NCBI GenBank assembly: GCA_001818155.1
Contig: MHJU01000005.1
Location: 11,805-75,804 of the forward strand
Length of the DNA stretch: 64,000 bases
Direction: 5' to 3'
From: Candidatus Jacksonbacteria bacterium RIFCSPLOWO2_02_FULL_44_20
GTDB lineage: Bacteria > Patescibacteriota > Patescibacteriia > UBA9629
Positions 7,905-17,726 of the stretch are shown here, in pieces (the first letter of the stretch is position 1; every line of letters begins with the position of its first letter). A program made the translations under genes and the position numbers. The notes under the pieces were generated by a model. It did not search any database and had not been told where the DNA came from. It saw only the letters and a program-made list of their open reading frames with translations.

Positions 7905-8453
7905 TTAAATCGTCATAATCTCCTCTTCTTTACGCTTCCCCAGTTCGTCAATTTTTTCCGTATACTCGCGCGTAGTTTCGTTAAGTTTTTCTATTTCCGC
8001 AAACTTATGGTCCTCGCGAATTTCCTTATTTTTTTCTCTTGTTTCAATATCTTTTTTTGCCTCGTCGCGGATTTTGCGGATTTTGATGCGCTCTTCTTCA
8101 AGCATAGTATGCAGTTTTTTCACGATTCTATGCCGCGATTCTTCTGTTAATTCCGGAAGTTGTATCCGCAAAATATTTGTTTCCACAATTGGGTTGAACT
8201 CAAGCGCGGACTTGATAAGCCCTTTTTCTATATCTTTAATGATGCTTTTGTCCCATGGCTTGATGACGATCGTCCTTGGCTCGGGCGCGCTGATTGACGC
8301 AAGTTCTTTTAGATGCATCCGCGATCCGCCGTATACTTCAATTGTTATATCTTGAACAAGCGAGGGCGTTGCGCGCGATGTGCGGAGTTTTGAAAGTTCG
8401 GTTTTGAGTTGATCTATGATTTGGTTAAAATGCGATTCGTATTGGGTTATCAT
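7905..8453 (-). CDS. frr: ribosome recycling factor
   Basis: 182 aa, Frr-like throughout (VYGGSRMHLKELASIS..., charged C-terminal helix). Confidence 0.9.
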   Translation of the reverse strand: MITQYESHFNQIIDQLKTELSKLRTSRATPSLVQDITIEVYGGSRMHLKELASISAPEPRTIVIKPWDKSIIKDIEKGLIKSALEFNPIVETNILRIQLPELTEESRHRIVKKLHTMLEEERIKIRKIRDEAKKDIETREKNKEIREDHKFAEIEKLNETTREYTEKIDELGKRKEEEIMTI

Positions 8454-8476
8454 ATAGAAATGTAAATTTTTTATTT

Positions 8477-9559
8477 TTAATTCTTCCCCACTCCTATGTA
8501 TACAATATTTCCATCTAAATCATCAACAAGTATTTCAACAGGCTCGCCTTCAGTATACAAAGGCAGGGCGCTCCATGATTCTCCATTATTGACGCTTTTA
8601 AAGAGAGATTCTTTGGTCCCATAGTATAGCTCTTGTTCGCGCAAAGGGTTGAAGCCTATAGCGGTTACTGTTCCAGCACCAGAGCTTGAGAGAAGCGTTG
8701 GCGCGGTCCATGTTCCGCCGCTATCTTGAGAAATCAAAAGTCCGGCAGAGCTTGCAAGAAATAGGTGCGAGGGATTTTGTTGATTTATTTTGAACTGATG
8801 CACACGTTCGCTTCCTTTGAATGATTTTAATGCGTGGAGGATGTTCCAATTCACTCCCATGTCCTCGCTTTGGAAAACTCCCTCATATTCTGTTGCGATG
8901 TACATTTCATTTGGATTTTTTGAATTAATTATAAGATCCTTAATCGTTTTGACGCGTATTTTTTTCATCAATCTCCATGAAGCGCCATTGTCCTCGCTTC
9001 CAAACAATGATCCGTTTCGCGTTACGGCAAAAATGCGCGCAGAGAGAGAAGGATGAACTGCAATTGCCGCTATAAGATCGCCGCCAGTTTCAACAGGAAT
9101 TGAATTCCAGACTGTTCCTCCGTCTCTGCTTTGTAAAATTTTCGCGCCTTTGGCAAGATAGATTGTTCCGCGTTTTTCAGGATCAAGCGCAAATGCGTCA
9201 GCTTCCCCTTCAACAAGATTTTCCACGCTTTCACCTCCATTATAACTCACCCATAACCCTTTATTTTTTGAAAGCAGGTAAAGAGTGAGAGTGTCTTGCG
9301 GGTCAAATTGCAATCTTGAAATATTGAGATTGTCAACAGTTTCTTTTTCCGTTACGCGTCCTTTGAAAATAAATGATTTTCCTTTGTCCACTGATTTAAA
9401 TATGCCAATTCTTCTGTCGCGCTGAATATTCGCTGGCGTGTTTGAAGCGCGCGGTTCTCCTATTCTGATGCCGAAAGCCGTGCAACCGCTTGTTAATATC
9501 CAAATTGCGATAAAGACGGCGCATCTTTTGATGAAAGTTTTAATAAAATCGTGCTCCAT
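8477..9559 (-). CDS. BNR/Asp-box repeat beta-propeller lipoprotein
   Basis: Signal peptide with lipobox (ILTSGC). Repeated SxDxGxTW-type motifs (SRDGGTVW, SEDNGASW, SEDMGVNW, SQDSGGTW, NNGESW). Confidence 0.6.
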   Translation of the reverse strand: MEHDFIKTFIKRCAVFIAIWILTSGCTAFGIRIGEPRASNTPANIQRDRRIGIFKSVDKGKSFIFKGRVTEKETVDNLNISRLQFDPQDTLTLYLLSKNKGLWVSYNGGESVENLVEGEADAFALDPEKRGTIYLAKGAKILQSRDGGTVWNSIPVETGGDLIAAIAVHPSLSARIFAVTRNGSLFGSEDNGASWRLMKKIRVKTIKDLIINSKNPNEMYIATEYEGVFQSEDMGVNWNILHALKSFKGSERVHQFKINQQNPSHLFLASSAGLLISQDSGGTWTAPTLLSSSGAGTVTAIGFNPLREQELYYGTKESLFKSVNNGESWSALPLYTEGEPVEILVDDLDGNIVYIGVGKN

Positions 9560-10479
9560 AAAAGTTCCTCATTCACATTATGCCGTATGTCAGAGGTCAT
9601 TGCAAGGAGTTCATTTAATGCGCCAGTAACAGCCGAAAGCCTGATTTTTTTCCCAAGGTCATATAATTCGCGCGCGAGATACCTGTGAATAACATATTTT
9701 TTCCCTCCGATCTTATAGAGCAAAATGTCGCGTAAAAGACTGGCTGTGTACTCTCTAGTTTTTTCTCCCAATCGCTCTATTGTTTTTGGAGTAAGGACGA
9801 TTTGCTCGTGAAGAGGAGACGTAAGCAATTTCAAAATTTCCCGTTCGTCCTTTGCTCTTTCATGAATTATTTCCGGCGTAAGCGAGAGAGCCAAAGCGAT
9901 TTTTCCAGTTGTAATACGAGCTATGAACTCCTTTTGTTCGCTAGAATAGGTTTCTGGAAGCGCTTTTATGATTTCCGCGCGCGATACGTTGGAAAAAGTA
10001 ATAAGTTCGGTTCTAGATATGATTGTTTTTGCAATACCAGTTAGAACGTTCGCGATCAGAATAAATACAGTTTTTCCGTGCGGTTCCTCAAGCGTTTTCA
10101 AGATAGCATTTGCCGCCTCGGGCCCGAGCGCCTCTATTGGATCAATTATGACGATTTTATAAGAATTGTGGAGCGACGTGTGCGACAGAGCGAGTTTCAA
10201 AGTTCGTATTTCATCAATGCTGATGAGTGAAGTATGTGAACCAGCTTGTATATTATGAAAGTCTGGATAGATGCCTTTTTCAATTTCTACGCACGCGCGG
10301 CACATTTCGCATGGCGCTCCGCAAGATTTTTCGCATACTAACATTTTTCCAAACCAACGCGCGACAGTTGATTTTCCAACATGCTCCGGACCATAGAAGA
10401 GGTAGGCGTGAGAAACAGTCTTCGCAGACGATGTTTTAGAAAGATAAGCGAGGATTTTTTTATGGCCAACGATTTTCAT
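9493..10479 (-). CDS. holB: DNA polymerase III delta-prime subunit
   Basis: AAA+ P-loop GPEHVGKST, zinc module CGAPCEMCRAC, ...KTLEEP motif. Confidence 0.8.
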   Translation of the reverse strand: MKIVGHKKILAYLSKTSSAKTVSHAYLFYGPEHVGKSTVARWFGKMLVCEKSCGAPCEMCRACVEIEKGIYPDFHNIQAGSHTSLISIDEIRTLKLALSHTSLHNSYKIVIIDPIEALGPEAANAILKTLEEPHGKTVFILIANVLTGIAKTIISRTELITFSNVSRAEIIKALPETYSSEQKEFIARITTGKIALALSLTPEIIHERAKDEREILKLLTSPLHEQIVLTPKTIERLGEKTREYTASLLRDILLYKIGGKKYVIHRYLARELYDLGKKIRLSAVTGALNELLAMTSDIRHNVNEELLWSTILLKLSSKDAPSLSQFGY

Positions 10480-10482
10480 TCT

Positions 10483-11493
10483 TTACTTAGTAGTTAAGAT
10501 AGATCTCTTATACGCGTCTAAATTATCAAGCGCTATGCCTGTTCCGCGCGCAACGCATAGAAGCGCGTCGTCTGCGATATATGCCTCAACTCCAGTTGTT
10601 TGTGTGATTAGTTTATCAAGATTCCGGAGAAGCGATGTTCCTCCTGAAAGAACCATTCCCTTGTCCATCACGTCTGCTGAAAGTTCCGGAGGCGTGTTAA
10701 ACAAAACGCTTTTTACCGCATTTATGATACCTTTTAACGGTTCTTGCATAGCTTCAGTTGTGTCGTTGGAGTTGATTTCAATAATTCGCGGGAGCCCGGT
10801 TAACATATCTCGCCCCATTACCTCCATTTTGATGGGTTCTTTTAAGTAGAGCGCCGAGCCGATTTTAATTTTTGCGGTTTCGGCAGTGCGTTCGCCAATT
10901 GCAAGGTTGTACTTTCGTTTGATATATTCGCCCAGCGCTTCGTCAAGTTTATTTCCGCCTATTCTGACCGATGTGTTTGTAACAATGCCGCCAAGCGAAA
11001 TCACAGCTATTTCAGAGGTTCCGCCTCCGATGTCTATAATCATATGTCCTGAAGCTGATCCGATCGGAATGTTCGCGCCGATCGCGGCCGCAATAGGCTC
11101 TTTAATAATATATGCGGCTTTGGCGCCCGCCGCGAGCGTCGCGTCAATCACAGCGCGTCTCTCGGTTGATGTAATACCGGCGGGAACAGCGATCATCACC
11201 TCCGGACGGAAAATTCTGAAACCGCCAAGCGCTTTGCCTATAAAATATCGGAGCATTGCCTCGGTGGTTTTATAGTCCGCGATCACTCCGTCTTTTAGCG
11301 GTTTTTTTGCGATGATCGTATCCGGAGTCCGCCCGAGCATTTCTTTTGCTTCGTTTCCAACCGCCAGTACCTCGTTATTTTTTGTGATCGCGACAACAGA
11401 CGGCTCATTAATAACAATGCCCCGCTTTGGAATATACACAAGCGTGTATGTTGTACCAAGGTCAATACCGATTTTTTTTATAAATAATGGCAT
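10483..11493 (-). CDS. mreB: rod-shape actin homolog MreB/Mbl (paralog 1)
   Basis: IGIDLGTTYTLVY ... NEPSVVAI ... DIGGGTSEIAVISLGGIV, actin-fold motifs. Confidence 0.85.
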   Translation of the reverse strand: MPLFIKKIGIDLGTTYTLVYIPKRGIVINEPSVVAITKNNEVLAVGNEAKEMLGRTPDTIIAKKPLKDGVIADYKTTEAMLRYFIGKALGGFRIFRPEVMIAVPAGITSTERRAVIDATLAAGAKAAYIIKEPIAAAIGANIPIGSASGHMIIDIGGGTSEIAVISLGGIVTNTSVRIGGNKLDEALGEYIKRKYNLAIGERTAETAKIKIGSALYLKEPIKMEVMGRDMLTGLPRIIEINSNDTTEAMQEPLKGIINAVKSVLFNTPPELSADVMDKGMVLSGGTSLLRNLDKLITQTTGVEAYIADDALLCVARGTGIALDNLDAYKRSILTTK

Positions 11494-11496
11494 GAA

Positions 11497-12294
11497 TTAG
11501 CGCGATTTCCACTTTTTTATATACTTCAGATGCGATGCTATATGTACTCTCGTCGTCTTATCAAATAAACTTTTCCACCATTTTTTCTGCGCCGAGAGGC
11601 GTTTGTGGTAATGAATCATAGCGACATTCGGGTAGTACCACACTTCGTAACCTGCGCCCCAAGTTTTACGGCACAAATCAATGTCTTCGCAGTACATAAA
11701 GTATCGTTCATCAAATCCTTCTATATCAGTCCATACATTTTTTTTAATCATGAAACACGCGCCTGCTAGCCAGTCAACTTTTTTAGGATGTCGTTTGTCG
11801 TAGTCGTTTATATCATATCTTAGAAGCTCGCGTCTGCCCAATAGAGTTCTTCCAAGTTTTGTCCGGCGATAAATTGGAGTTAGAAGTCTCGGCCATGCGC
11901 GGCACGATGGCTGAATGCTTAAGTCCGGATAAATAAGTTTTGGTCCAACAATTCCGTAGGCAGTGTTTTCAGTTAAAAAACGATACAAAGGAGTGATTGC
12001 GTCTTCCAAAAGCACGATGTCGGAATTGACGATCATAAAGACTTCTCCTTGAGCAGATTTTAGTCCAATATTGTGCCCGGCTCCAAATCCGACATTTTTT
12101 CCGCGAATAAGCCGCACTGTTTCATACTTTGGCAGAATTTCACGTTCAATTAAGTCCGCGCTCCCATCACGCGAGCCGTTGTCGGTGATGATGATTTCAT
12201 AGGAAAGCGAACTTTGTAATGAGCTCGCGCTTTTTACAAATTGCTTTACGAGATTTTTAGTATTGTAGTTGACGAGTGAAATGGATAGGTCCAT
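11497..12294 (-). CDS. glycosyltransferase family 2
   Basis: ISLVNYNTKNL ... IITDNGSRDGS ... DxD-type GT2 layout. Confidence 0.8.
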   Translation of the reverse strand: MDLSISLVNYNTKNLVKQFVKSASSLQSSLSYEIIITDNGSRDGSADLIEREILPKYETVRLIRGKNVGFGAGHNIGLKSAQGEVFMIVNSDIVLLEDAITPLYRFLTENTAYGIVGPKLIYPDLSIQPSCRAWPRLLTPIYRRTKLGRTLLGRRELLRYDINDYDKRHPKKVDWLAGACFMIKKNVWTDIEGFDERYFMYCEDIDLCRKTWGAGYEVWYYPNVAMIHYHKRLSAQKKWWKSLFDKTTRVHIASHLKYIKKWKSR

Positions 12295-12315
12295 TGAGCA
12301 GTCTATTTACGAGCG

Positions 12316-13365
12316 TCACCGCAACCATTTTTCTATGTTTTTCCAGCCGTCTTTTCCGGATTGTTTTTTAATAAAAAGGCGTTTTTTTAGCATCTTCCGA
12401 AGATTTTTCGCGAAATCCGGCAATGCGCGAAGCGTTCGTGGTTCAAAAAACAGAACATAGAAAAATTTTGCAAGTTCGTATGGAATAATACGATGAGCGT
12501 GGCGGATGAAGATCGGAAACTGAAGATTTTTAATTAGAAAATATAAATGGTTGCGGTAGGAGTAAAAATTTACAAACGATGATTTTTTGCGCCGGTTTGG
12601 AATCGTTCCCATTTTTGCGGCCGCGGTCCGGTCGTGCCATGCGATAGCTCCTGGCACAAGATATGCGCTCCAGCCCAAAAGCCGCAGACGATACGCAAGA
12701 TCAACATCTTCTTTATAGATGAAAAAATCAGTGTCAAAGTATTCGTAAACCGTCGCTTGACGATTCTCGCCATAGAGTTTGCTTGATTCCTGAAACATCG
12801 GCGTTTTCACTACTTCAAGCGCGCTTCTTCTGTACATTGGAAGCGCTCCTGAAACGCCAAAAACCTCTCTAGGCTCTTTAATATCTTCATAATCACGCCA
12901 TTCAACCACTTTATGGGAATTGGTGAGTACCAGTCCAAGAGTGTCAATGCTATCAGTTTTGCAATTGGTGGTCAAATCCCAGCGAAAAATCATTCCGCTT
13001 GCCGCGGCCGCATCTTTACGCGCGTCCAAAAAGTTCGTTAACTCTTCTAAATAGCGATCGCCTAGAATCACATCCTGATTCATCATAAAAACGTAGTCGC
13101 TTCTACTCCAGTGGATGGCATGGTTATGCGCCGGCGCAAAGCCGTCGTTCTTGCGATTTTTTATAAGTGTTGTAACAGATGAGAGTTCTTTATGAGACGG
13201 ATCTTCTAAAAATTGTTCAATGAAGGCAATGCTTTCATCATGCGAATGATTGTCAATAATCAACACTGAAAAATCTCTAAACGTCTGGTTCGCAATTGAG
13301 GAAAGAGCAAACGGCAGATATTTTTCCCCGTTATAGACGATGAGGTTTATGGATACTCTGGGCAT
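12316..13365 (-). CDS. glycosyltransferase family 2
   Basis: Probable start at MPRVSINLIVYNGEKYLP (ORF track extends to 13542 and would overlap the upstream gene). LIIDNHSHDES, GT2 fold. Confidence 0.75.
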   Translation of the reverse strand: MPRVSINLIVYNGEKYLPFALSSIANQTFRDFSVLIIDNHSHDESIAFIEQFLEDPSHKELSSVTTLIKNRKNDGFAPAHNHAIHWSRSDYVFMMNQDVILGDRYLEELTNFLDARKDAAAASGMIFRWDLTTNCKTDSIDTLGLVLTNSHKVVEWRDYEDIKEPREVFGVSGALPMYRRSALEVVKTPMFQESSKLYGENRQATVYEYFDTDFFIYKEDVDLAYRLRLLGWSAYLVPGAIAWHDRTAAAKMGTIPNRRKKSSFVNFYSYRNHLYFLIKNLQFPIFIRHAHRIIPYELAKFFYVLFFEPRTLRALPDFAKNLRKMLKKRLFIKKQSGKDGWKNIEKWLR

Positions 13366-13374
13366 ATATGATTG

Positions 13375-13394
13375 CCTGCCTGACGGTAGGCAGG
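13375..13394. repeat. dispersed 20-nt GC-rich palindromic element, copy A (CCTGCCTGACGGTAGGCAGG), immediately after the stop codon of the large GT2-membrane gene
   Basis: Family consensus CCTG(C/A)CTG(A/T)CGGCAG(A/T)CAGG. Four copies in this window. Confidence 0.6.
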
Positions 13395-15659
13395 TTATGA
13401 CTTTTTTGTCTGTGATGAGCGAAACATCGCATCTGATAGAAGAAGATACCCGATTCCGAGCGGATGATTTAGAAACGGCGTGAAAAAGTGGACAACGACA
13501 AGCGCGATGATACCGGCTGTTAATCCGATGGACATATTCCATCCGCGTTTAACAATATCAAAAATCAGCGCGAGATAGGCAATCATCCCAAGAAAGCCAA
13601 GTTTATACCACACATCCAGCCAGCCCCATTCAAACGCAAATGTAGTGTAGTAGGGGTTGTTTGGATGCGCGGCAAGATAGCGCGGGTCAGTTGTTTTATA
13701 CGTAACAGTTGCGCCAAACCCGGAGCCAAGGAGCGAGTGGCGTTGTATCGCTTCTTTTAGCGGTGAAAGCAGAGCTTTGCGGCTCCGGACTGCCGATTCT
13801 TCAGTTTCTGTCGCCCGATCCGGCAGTGATGCAATCGCTTTGAGCCCTGGAATTTTTCCGATCGGAATAATAAGTATGACAGCAATTAAAGTTACGCTTG
13901 TTATAAGGCATAGCGCAAGAATGAAAGCACGATGCAAAGTTTTCTTAATCAGTGCGTGAAAATGGGTTAGATATAGATATGTAAACCATATAAACCCTAT
14001 AACTCCGCCAACCCAGAATGATCGCGAGAGATTAACAAGTAGTATTGTGATTATTGCGACGCATAGAAGCCAAATTTTCACGGCGTCCTTTTTTTCTTGT
14101 TTGTTTTCTAGAAAATGCGCTATGAAGACAAAAAAACCGGTAAGCGCCCATATCCCGCTTTGCATAAATACGCGATAAAAATTGTATTTATACAAACCAA
14201 CCTCAATGATGCGCTGATCGCGGAACCAGCCGTATACCGGAACCAGCATTCGCCAGAAAATATCAATATGGCTGTAGAAAAAAAGCAGGAGCGTTACCGC
14301 GATGAATTGCCACACAAGCGCCGCGGCCCAGATGGTGAATAAAAAAGTAGTTTGTAGCTTATTTTTGAAAGCCGTTATGAATACAGGAAGAAGCAGAAAA
14401 AAGAGATAGCCGTTGAAATCTTGATAGAGAAATGAGCGGTTATTATGAGAGAGAAACGCATTTATAATTCCCCATGCAATAACTAATCCAAATACAATAT
14501 AGAATTTATAATTCTTCAACAATAATTTGACATTTGGTATCTTTAATGCCCAAACACCGAGTAAAACAGAAAACAATCCAATCCTAAGAGAAAGCCGGAA
14601 CCCGCTGACATATACATCAAACAAGTGTCCTTGCGAAGAGATCATAAGTTCCGCAAGGAGGATATAGACGCCCCATAAAAGATGCCGCCATGCGATAAGC
14701 GCGGCAGACGCGAGAATTAAAATAAAACCTAACCAATTTACGATCGGAGATGAAAACGCAAAAAATGAGAGGAGATTTATAGATGCGATAATGAAGAGAG
14801 TTTTAGAAAATAGCGATCTGTTGAACATCATTATCAGCGATATTAGAACAGCAAGCCAACTTGCAAGCGTAATTACACAGTATGCAATTATTGAGTTGTG
14901 CTTTTTGAAATAGTTGCGCAAACTGCGATTCCACATTTCCTGTTTTGCAAAAGGCATTACTTGTTTGAAACTTTGTCCGTAATGATGGATTACGTTTGCT
15001 AGAGGAGCATACCATATTTCATAACCCCGATCTCGCGCGCGGAGGCAAAAGTCAACCTCTTCAAACCAGTTCCAAAAATTGCGTTCGTCGAGCTCGCCAA
15101 GATTTTCAATCACAGAACGTCGTATCATAAAAAACGCGCCCATTACCTGATCAACTTTGGATTCTTTTCTGTAATCAAAATCATGCGCCAAGTAACTGGA
15201 CAGAAGTTTTGGGAATAAATGATGCAGTTTCAGAAGAATAATGGTCTGATCAAGGAGCCGAGGGAAACGCCGCACCGAATTTTGATGTGAGAGATCGGTG
15301 TTTAATAAGTGACACCCTGCAATGCCGCATTCTCTCTTTTCGTCCATCCACTTTGTCATCAGCGAAAGAGCATCGTTTGTAAGTTCAGTATCCGGATTTA
15401 GGAGAAGCACATATCTTCCGCCCGCCCTTTTAATTCCTTGATTATTCGCGCCGGCAAATCCGCGATTCACGACGTTTGCAATACAGGTAAGGCCTGGAAA
15501 TTCAAGCCGTATCATCTCTACAGCGCCGTCATGCGATCCGTTGTCAATAACAAAAATCTCGAAGGAGATCCCTCGAGTGTGTTTGTAAATGGACTGCAGG
15601 CATTTTTGCAACAAATCGCGAGTGTTCCAACTGACGATGATGATTGATACATCCATCAT
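13395..15659 (-). CDS. GT2 glycosyltransferase fused to a large polytopic membrane domain (polysaccharide synthase/polymerase-like)
   Basis: N-terminus MMDVSIIIVSWNTRDLL ... VIDNGSHDG (GT2) followed by more than 10 predicted TM helices. Probable start 15659 just after the gyrB stop. Confidence 0.65.
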   Translation of the reverse strand: MMDVSIIIVSWNTRDLLQKCLQSIYKHTRGISFEIFVIDNGSHDGAVEMIRLEFPGLTCIANVVNRGFAGANNQGIKRAGGRYVLLLNPDTELTNDALSLMTKWMDEKRECGIAGCHLLNTDLSHQNSVRRFPRLLDQTIILLKLHHLFPKLLSSYLAHDFDYRKESKVDQVMGAFFMIRRSVIENLGELDERNFWNWFEEVDFCLRARDRGYEIWYAPLANVIHHYGQSFKQVMPFAKQEMWNRSLRNYFKKHNSIIAYCVITLASWLAVLISLIMMFNRSLFSKTLFIIASINLLSFFAFSSPIVNWLGFILILASAALIAWRHLLWGVYILLAELMISSQGHLFDVYVSGFRLSLRIGLFSVLLGVWALKIPNVKLLLKNYKFYIVFGLVIAWGIINAFLSHNNRSFLYQDFNGYLFFLLLPVFITAFKNKLQTTFLFTIWAAALVWQFIAVTLLLFFYSHIDIFWRMLVPVYGWFRDQRIIEVGLYKYNFYRVFMQSGIWALTGFFVFIAHFLENKQEKKDAVKIWLLCVAIITILLVNLSRSFWVGGVIGFIWFTYLYLTHFHALIKKTLHRAFILALCLITSVTLIAVILIIPIGKIPGLKAIASLPDRATETEESAVRSRKALLSPLKEAIQRHSLLGSGFGATVTYKTTDPRYLAAHPNNPYYTTFAFEWGWLDVWYKLGFLGMIAYLALIFDIVKRGWNMSIGLTAGIIALVVVHFFTPFLNHPLGIGYLLLSDAMFRSSQTKKS

Positions 15660-15660
15660 A

Positions 15661-17589
15661 TTATACGTCCAAATTTTTGACGTCTTTCGCGTGTGTTTGA
15701 ATAAATTTTTTTCGCGGCGCAACCTCGCTTCCCATTAAGATATCAAAAATGTTATCAGCTTCTTCAGCGTCCTCAATCATTACCCGTTTCAAAATGCGGT
15801 TTTCCGGATTAAGCGTTGTGTCCCAAAGTTGATCCGGGTTCATTTCTCCCAAACCCTTGTATCGCTGAATTGTAACTTCGCTCCCGAATGTTTTAAGCAT
15901 TTGCGCGAGTTCGGAATCGTTATAAACCCAGTGGGCTTGTTTTCCTTTTTCAACGCGATATAACGGCGGCTGGGCGATGTACACGTATCCGCCTTCAATC
16001 ATCGGCTTAAAGTAACGATAAAAGAGCGTCAGGATGAGCGTGCGTATATGCGCGCCGTCAACATCAGCGTCTGTCATAATCACCACTTTGTGATAGCGCA
16101 ATTTTAGAACGTCCAATTGATCGCCGATATTTGCGCCAAGAGCGATCACAAGGGATTTCAGTTCTTTGTTCCCGAGCAGTTTGTCGAGCCGAGCGCGTTC
16201 AACATTCAGAATTTTTCCGCGCAATGGGAGTACTGCCTGAAAATGCCGATCTCTCCCCTGCTTTGTTGATCCGCCGGCGGAATCTCCCTCAACTATATAA
16301 AGCTCTGATTCTGACGGATGTTTTGAAATGCAATCCGCGAGTTTCCCCGGAAGCCCAAATCCTTCAAGCGCGCCTTTTCTTATAACAGCCTCCCGCGCGG
16401 CTTTTGCGGCATTACGGGCTCTTTGAGAGAGAACGCATTGTGAAACAATTTGCTGGGCATCAGCCGGATGCTCTTCAAGCCATGCGGTAAGCCCTTCGGT
16501 GCAAATTTGTTCAACAACTCCACGCACCTCGGCATTGCCCAATTTTGCTTTTGTCTGGCCTTCAAACTGCGGCTCCGGCACTTTTACGCTTACAATCGCG
16601 GTTACTCCTTCGCGCACGTCCTCGGCAGTAAGGTTTTCGTCCTTGATAGAAATTAGCCCTTTTTCGCGTCCGTATGTGTTTACAGTGCGCGTGAGCGCGG
16701 ACTTAAAACCAGTCAAGTGCATTCCGCCCTCCGGAGTGTGGATATTGTTTGCGAACGTAAAAATCGCCTCCTTGTAACTTTCAGTGTACTGGAGCGCGAT
16801 TTCAACATTAATGTCTTCAAGCGTCTTTGAAACGTAAAAAACATTTGCGTTTCGCGGCGTTATATTGCGGTTTAAGTGCGCGACATAAGAGGCAACCCCG
16901 CCTTCAAAATAAAAGTTATAAGTTTTGAATTCAGAGTGTTCGCGCTCGTCGCGATAGCGAATCGTGATGCCTTTTGTGAGATACGCCTGCCTGCGCAAAT
17001 GATCCAAGATGAACTTTGCGTCAAATTCAAGCGTAGTGAATATTTTCGGATCAGCTCTAAAAATTATTGTTGTGCCGGTTTCTGCTTTTTTTGCCTCGCC
17101 TACAGCGCGAACTTTTGTTTTTGGAATCCCGCGCTCGTATATTTGTTCATAAATTTTTCCGTCCCGCTGTACGCGCGCAACGAGCCGTTCGGAGAGCGCG
17201 TTTACAACCGATACGCCAACTCCGTGAAGGCCGCCGGACACTTTGTAGCTTCCTTGTCCGAACTTGCCTCCGGCGTGAAGTTTGGTCATAACAGTTTCCA
17301 AAGCCGAAAGTCCGGTCTGTTTGTGCTTGTCAACCGGAATGCCGCGTCCGTTGTCTTCAACCATCACATCGCCGTTTTGTTTGAGCGTGATTGAAATTGT
17401 GTCGCAAAATCCAGCCATTGCCTCGTCAATTGAGTTGTCAACCACTTCCCAGATCATGTGGTGCAGTCCTTCTCGGTCGGTATTTCCGATATACATCCCC
17501 GGGCGTTTTTTTACAGGATCAAGCCCTTCTAAAACAGTGATTTTTTCCGCGGTATAATCGTTTGTTTGAGGTTTAATTTTTGGTGCCAT
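15661..17589 (-). CDS. gyrB: DNA gyrase subunit B
   Basis: GHKL ATPase motifs (LHHMIWEVVDNSIDEAMAG, GLHGVGVSVVNALS), TOPRIM EGDSAGGS, PLRGKILNVE. Confidence 0.95.
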   Translation of the reverse strand: MAPKIKPQTNDYTAEKITVLEGLDPVKKRPGMYIGNTDREGLHHMIWEVVDNSIDEAMAGFCDTISITLKQNGDVMVEDNGRGIPVDKHKQTGLSALETVMTKLHAGGKFGQGSYKVSGGLHGVGVSVVNALSERLVARVQRDGKIYEQIYERGIPKTKVRAVGEAKKAETGTTIIFRADPKIFTTLEFDAKFILDHLRRQAYLTKGITIRYRDEREHSEFKTYNFYFEGGVASYVAHLNRNITPRNANVFYVSKTLEDINVEIALQYTESYKEAIFTFANNIHTPEGGMHLTGFKSALTRTVNTYGREKGLISIKDENLTAEDVREGVTAIVSVKVPEPQFEGQTKAKLGNAEVRGVVEQICTEGLTAWLEEHPADAQQIVSQCVLSQRARNAAKAAREAVIRKGALEGFGLPGKLADCISKHPSESELYIVEGDSAGGSTKQGRDRHFQAVLPLRGKILNVERARLDKLLGNKELKSLVIALGANIGDQLDVLKLRYHKVVIMTDADVDGAHIRTLILTLFYRYFKPMIEGGYVYIAQPPLYRVEKGKQAHWVYNDSELAQMLKTFGSEVTIQRYKGLGEMNPDQLWDTTLNPENRILKRVMIEDAEEADNIFDILMGSEVAPRKKFIQTHAKDVKNLDV

Positions 17590-17682
17590 AGTAGAAATCA
17601 GTGTATCAGTTTTTGAGATGTTTGTCTACAATATGTATCAGTCCATAACCTTGCCTGTATACAATATCCCTATCCTTTTTTG

Positions 17683-17711
17683 TTGCAAAAAAAGACGAAT
17701 AGTTCTATACT
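17683..17711 (+). promoter_or_regulatory. candidate sigma70-like promoter (TTGCAA-17nt-TATACT) for the secreted hydrolase gene, in the gyrB/hydrolase divergent region
   Basis: Hexamers 17683..17688 and 17706..17711 with a 17-nt spacer, 16 nt upstream of the ATG. Sequence pattern only. Confidence 0.3.
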
Positions 17712-17726
17712 CTCTTCATAGAAGAT

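Noticed and set aside
12316-13542. Long form of the GT2 gene overlapping the upstream gene by ~150 nt
   Set aside because: The conserved GT2 N-terminus begins at MPRVSINLIVYNG (13365). The additional 59 codons (MEYVHRINSRYHRACR...) are unconserved and overlap the neighbouring gene.
16876-17394. 172-aa plus-strand ORF and other plus-strand ORFs between 16131 and 17557
   Set aside because: Antisense to gyrB, whose reading frame is conserved end-to-end.
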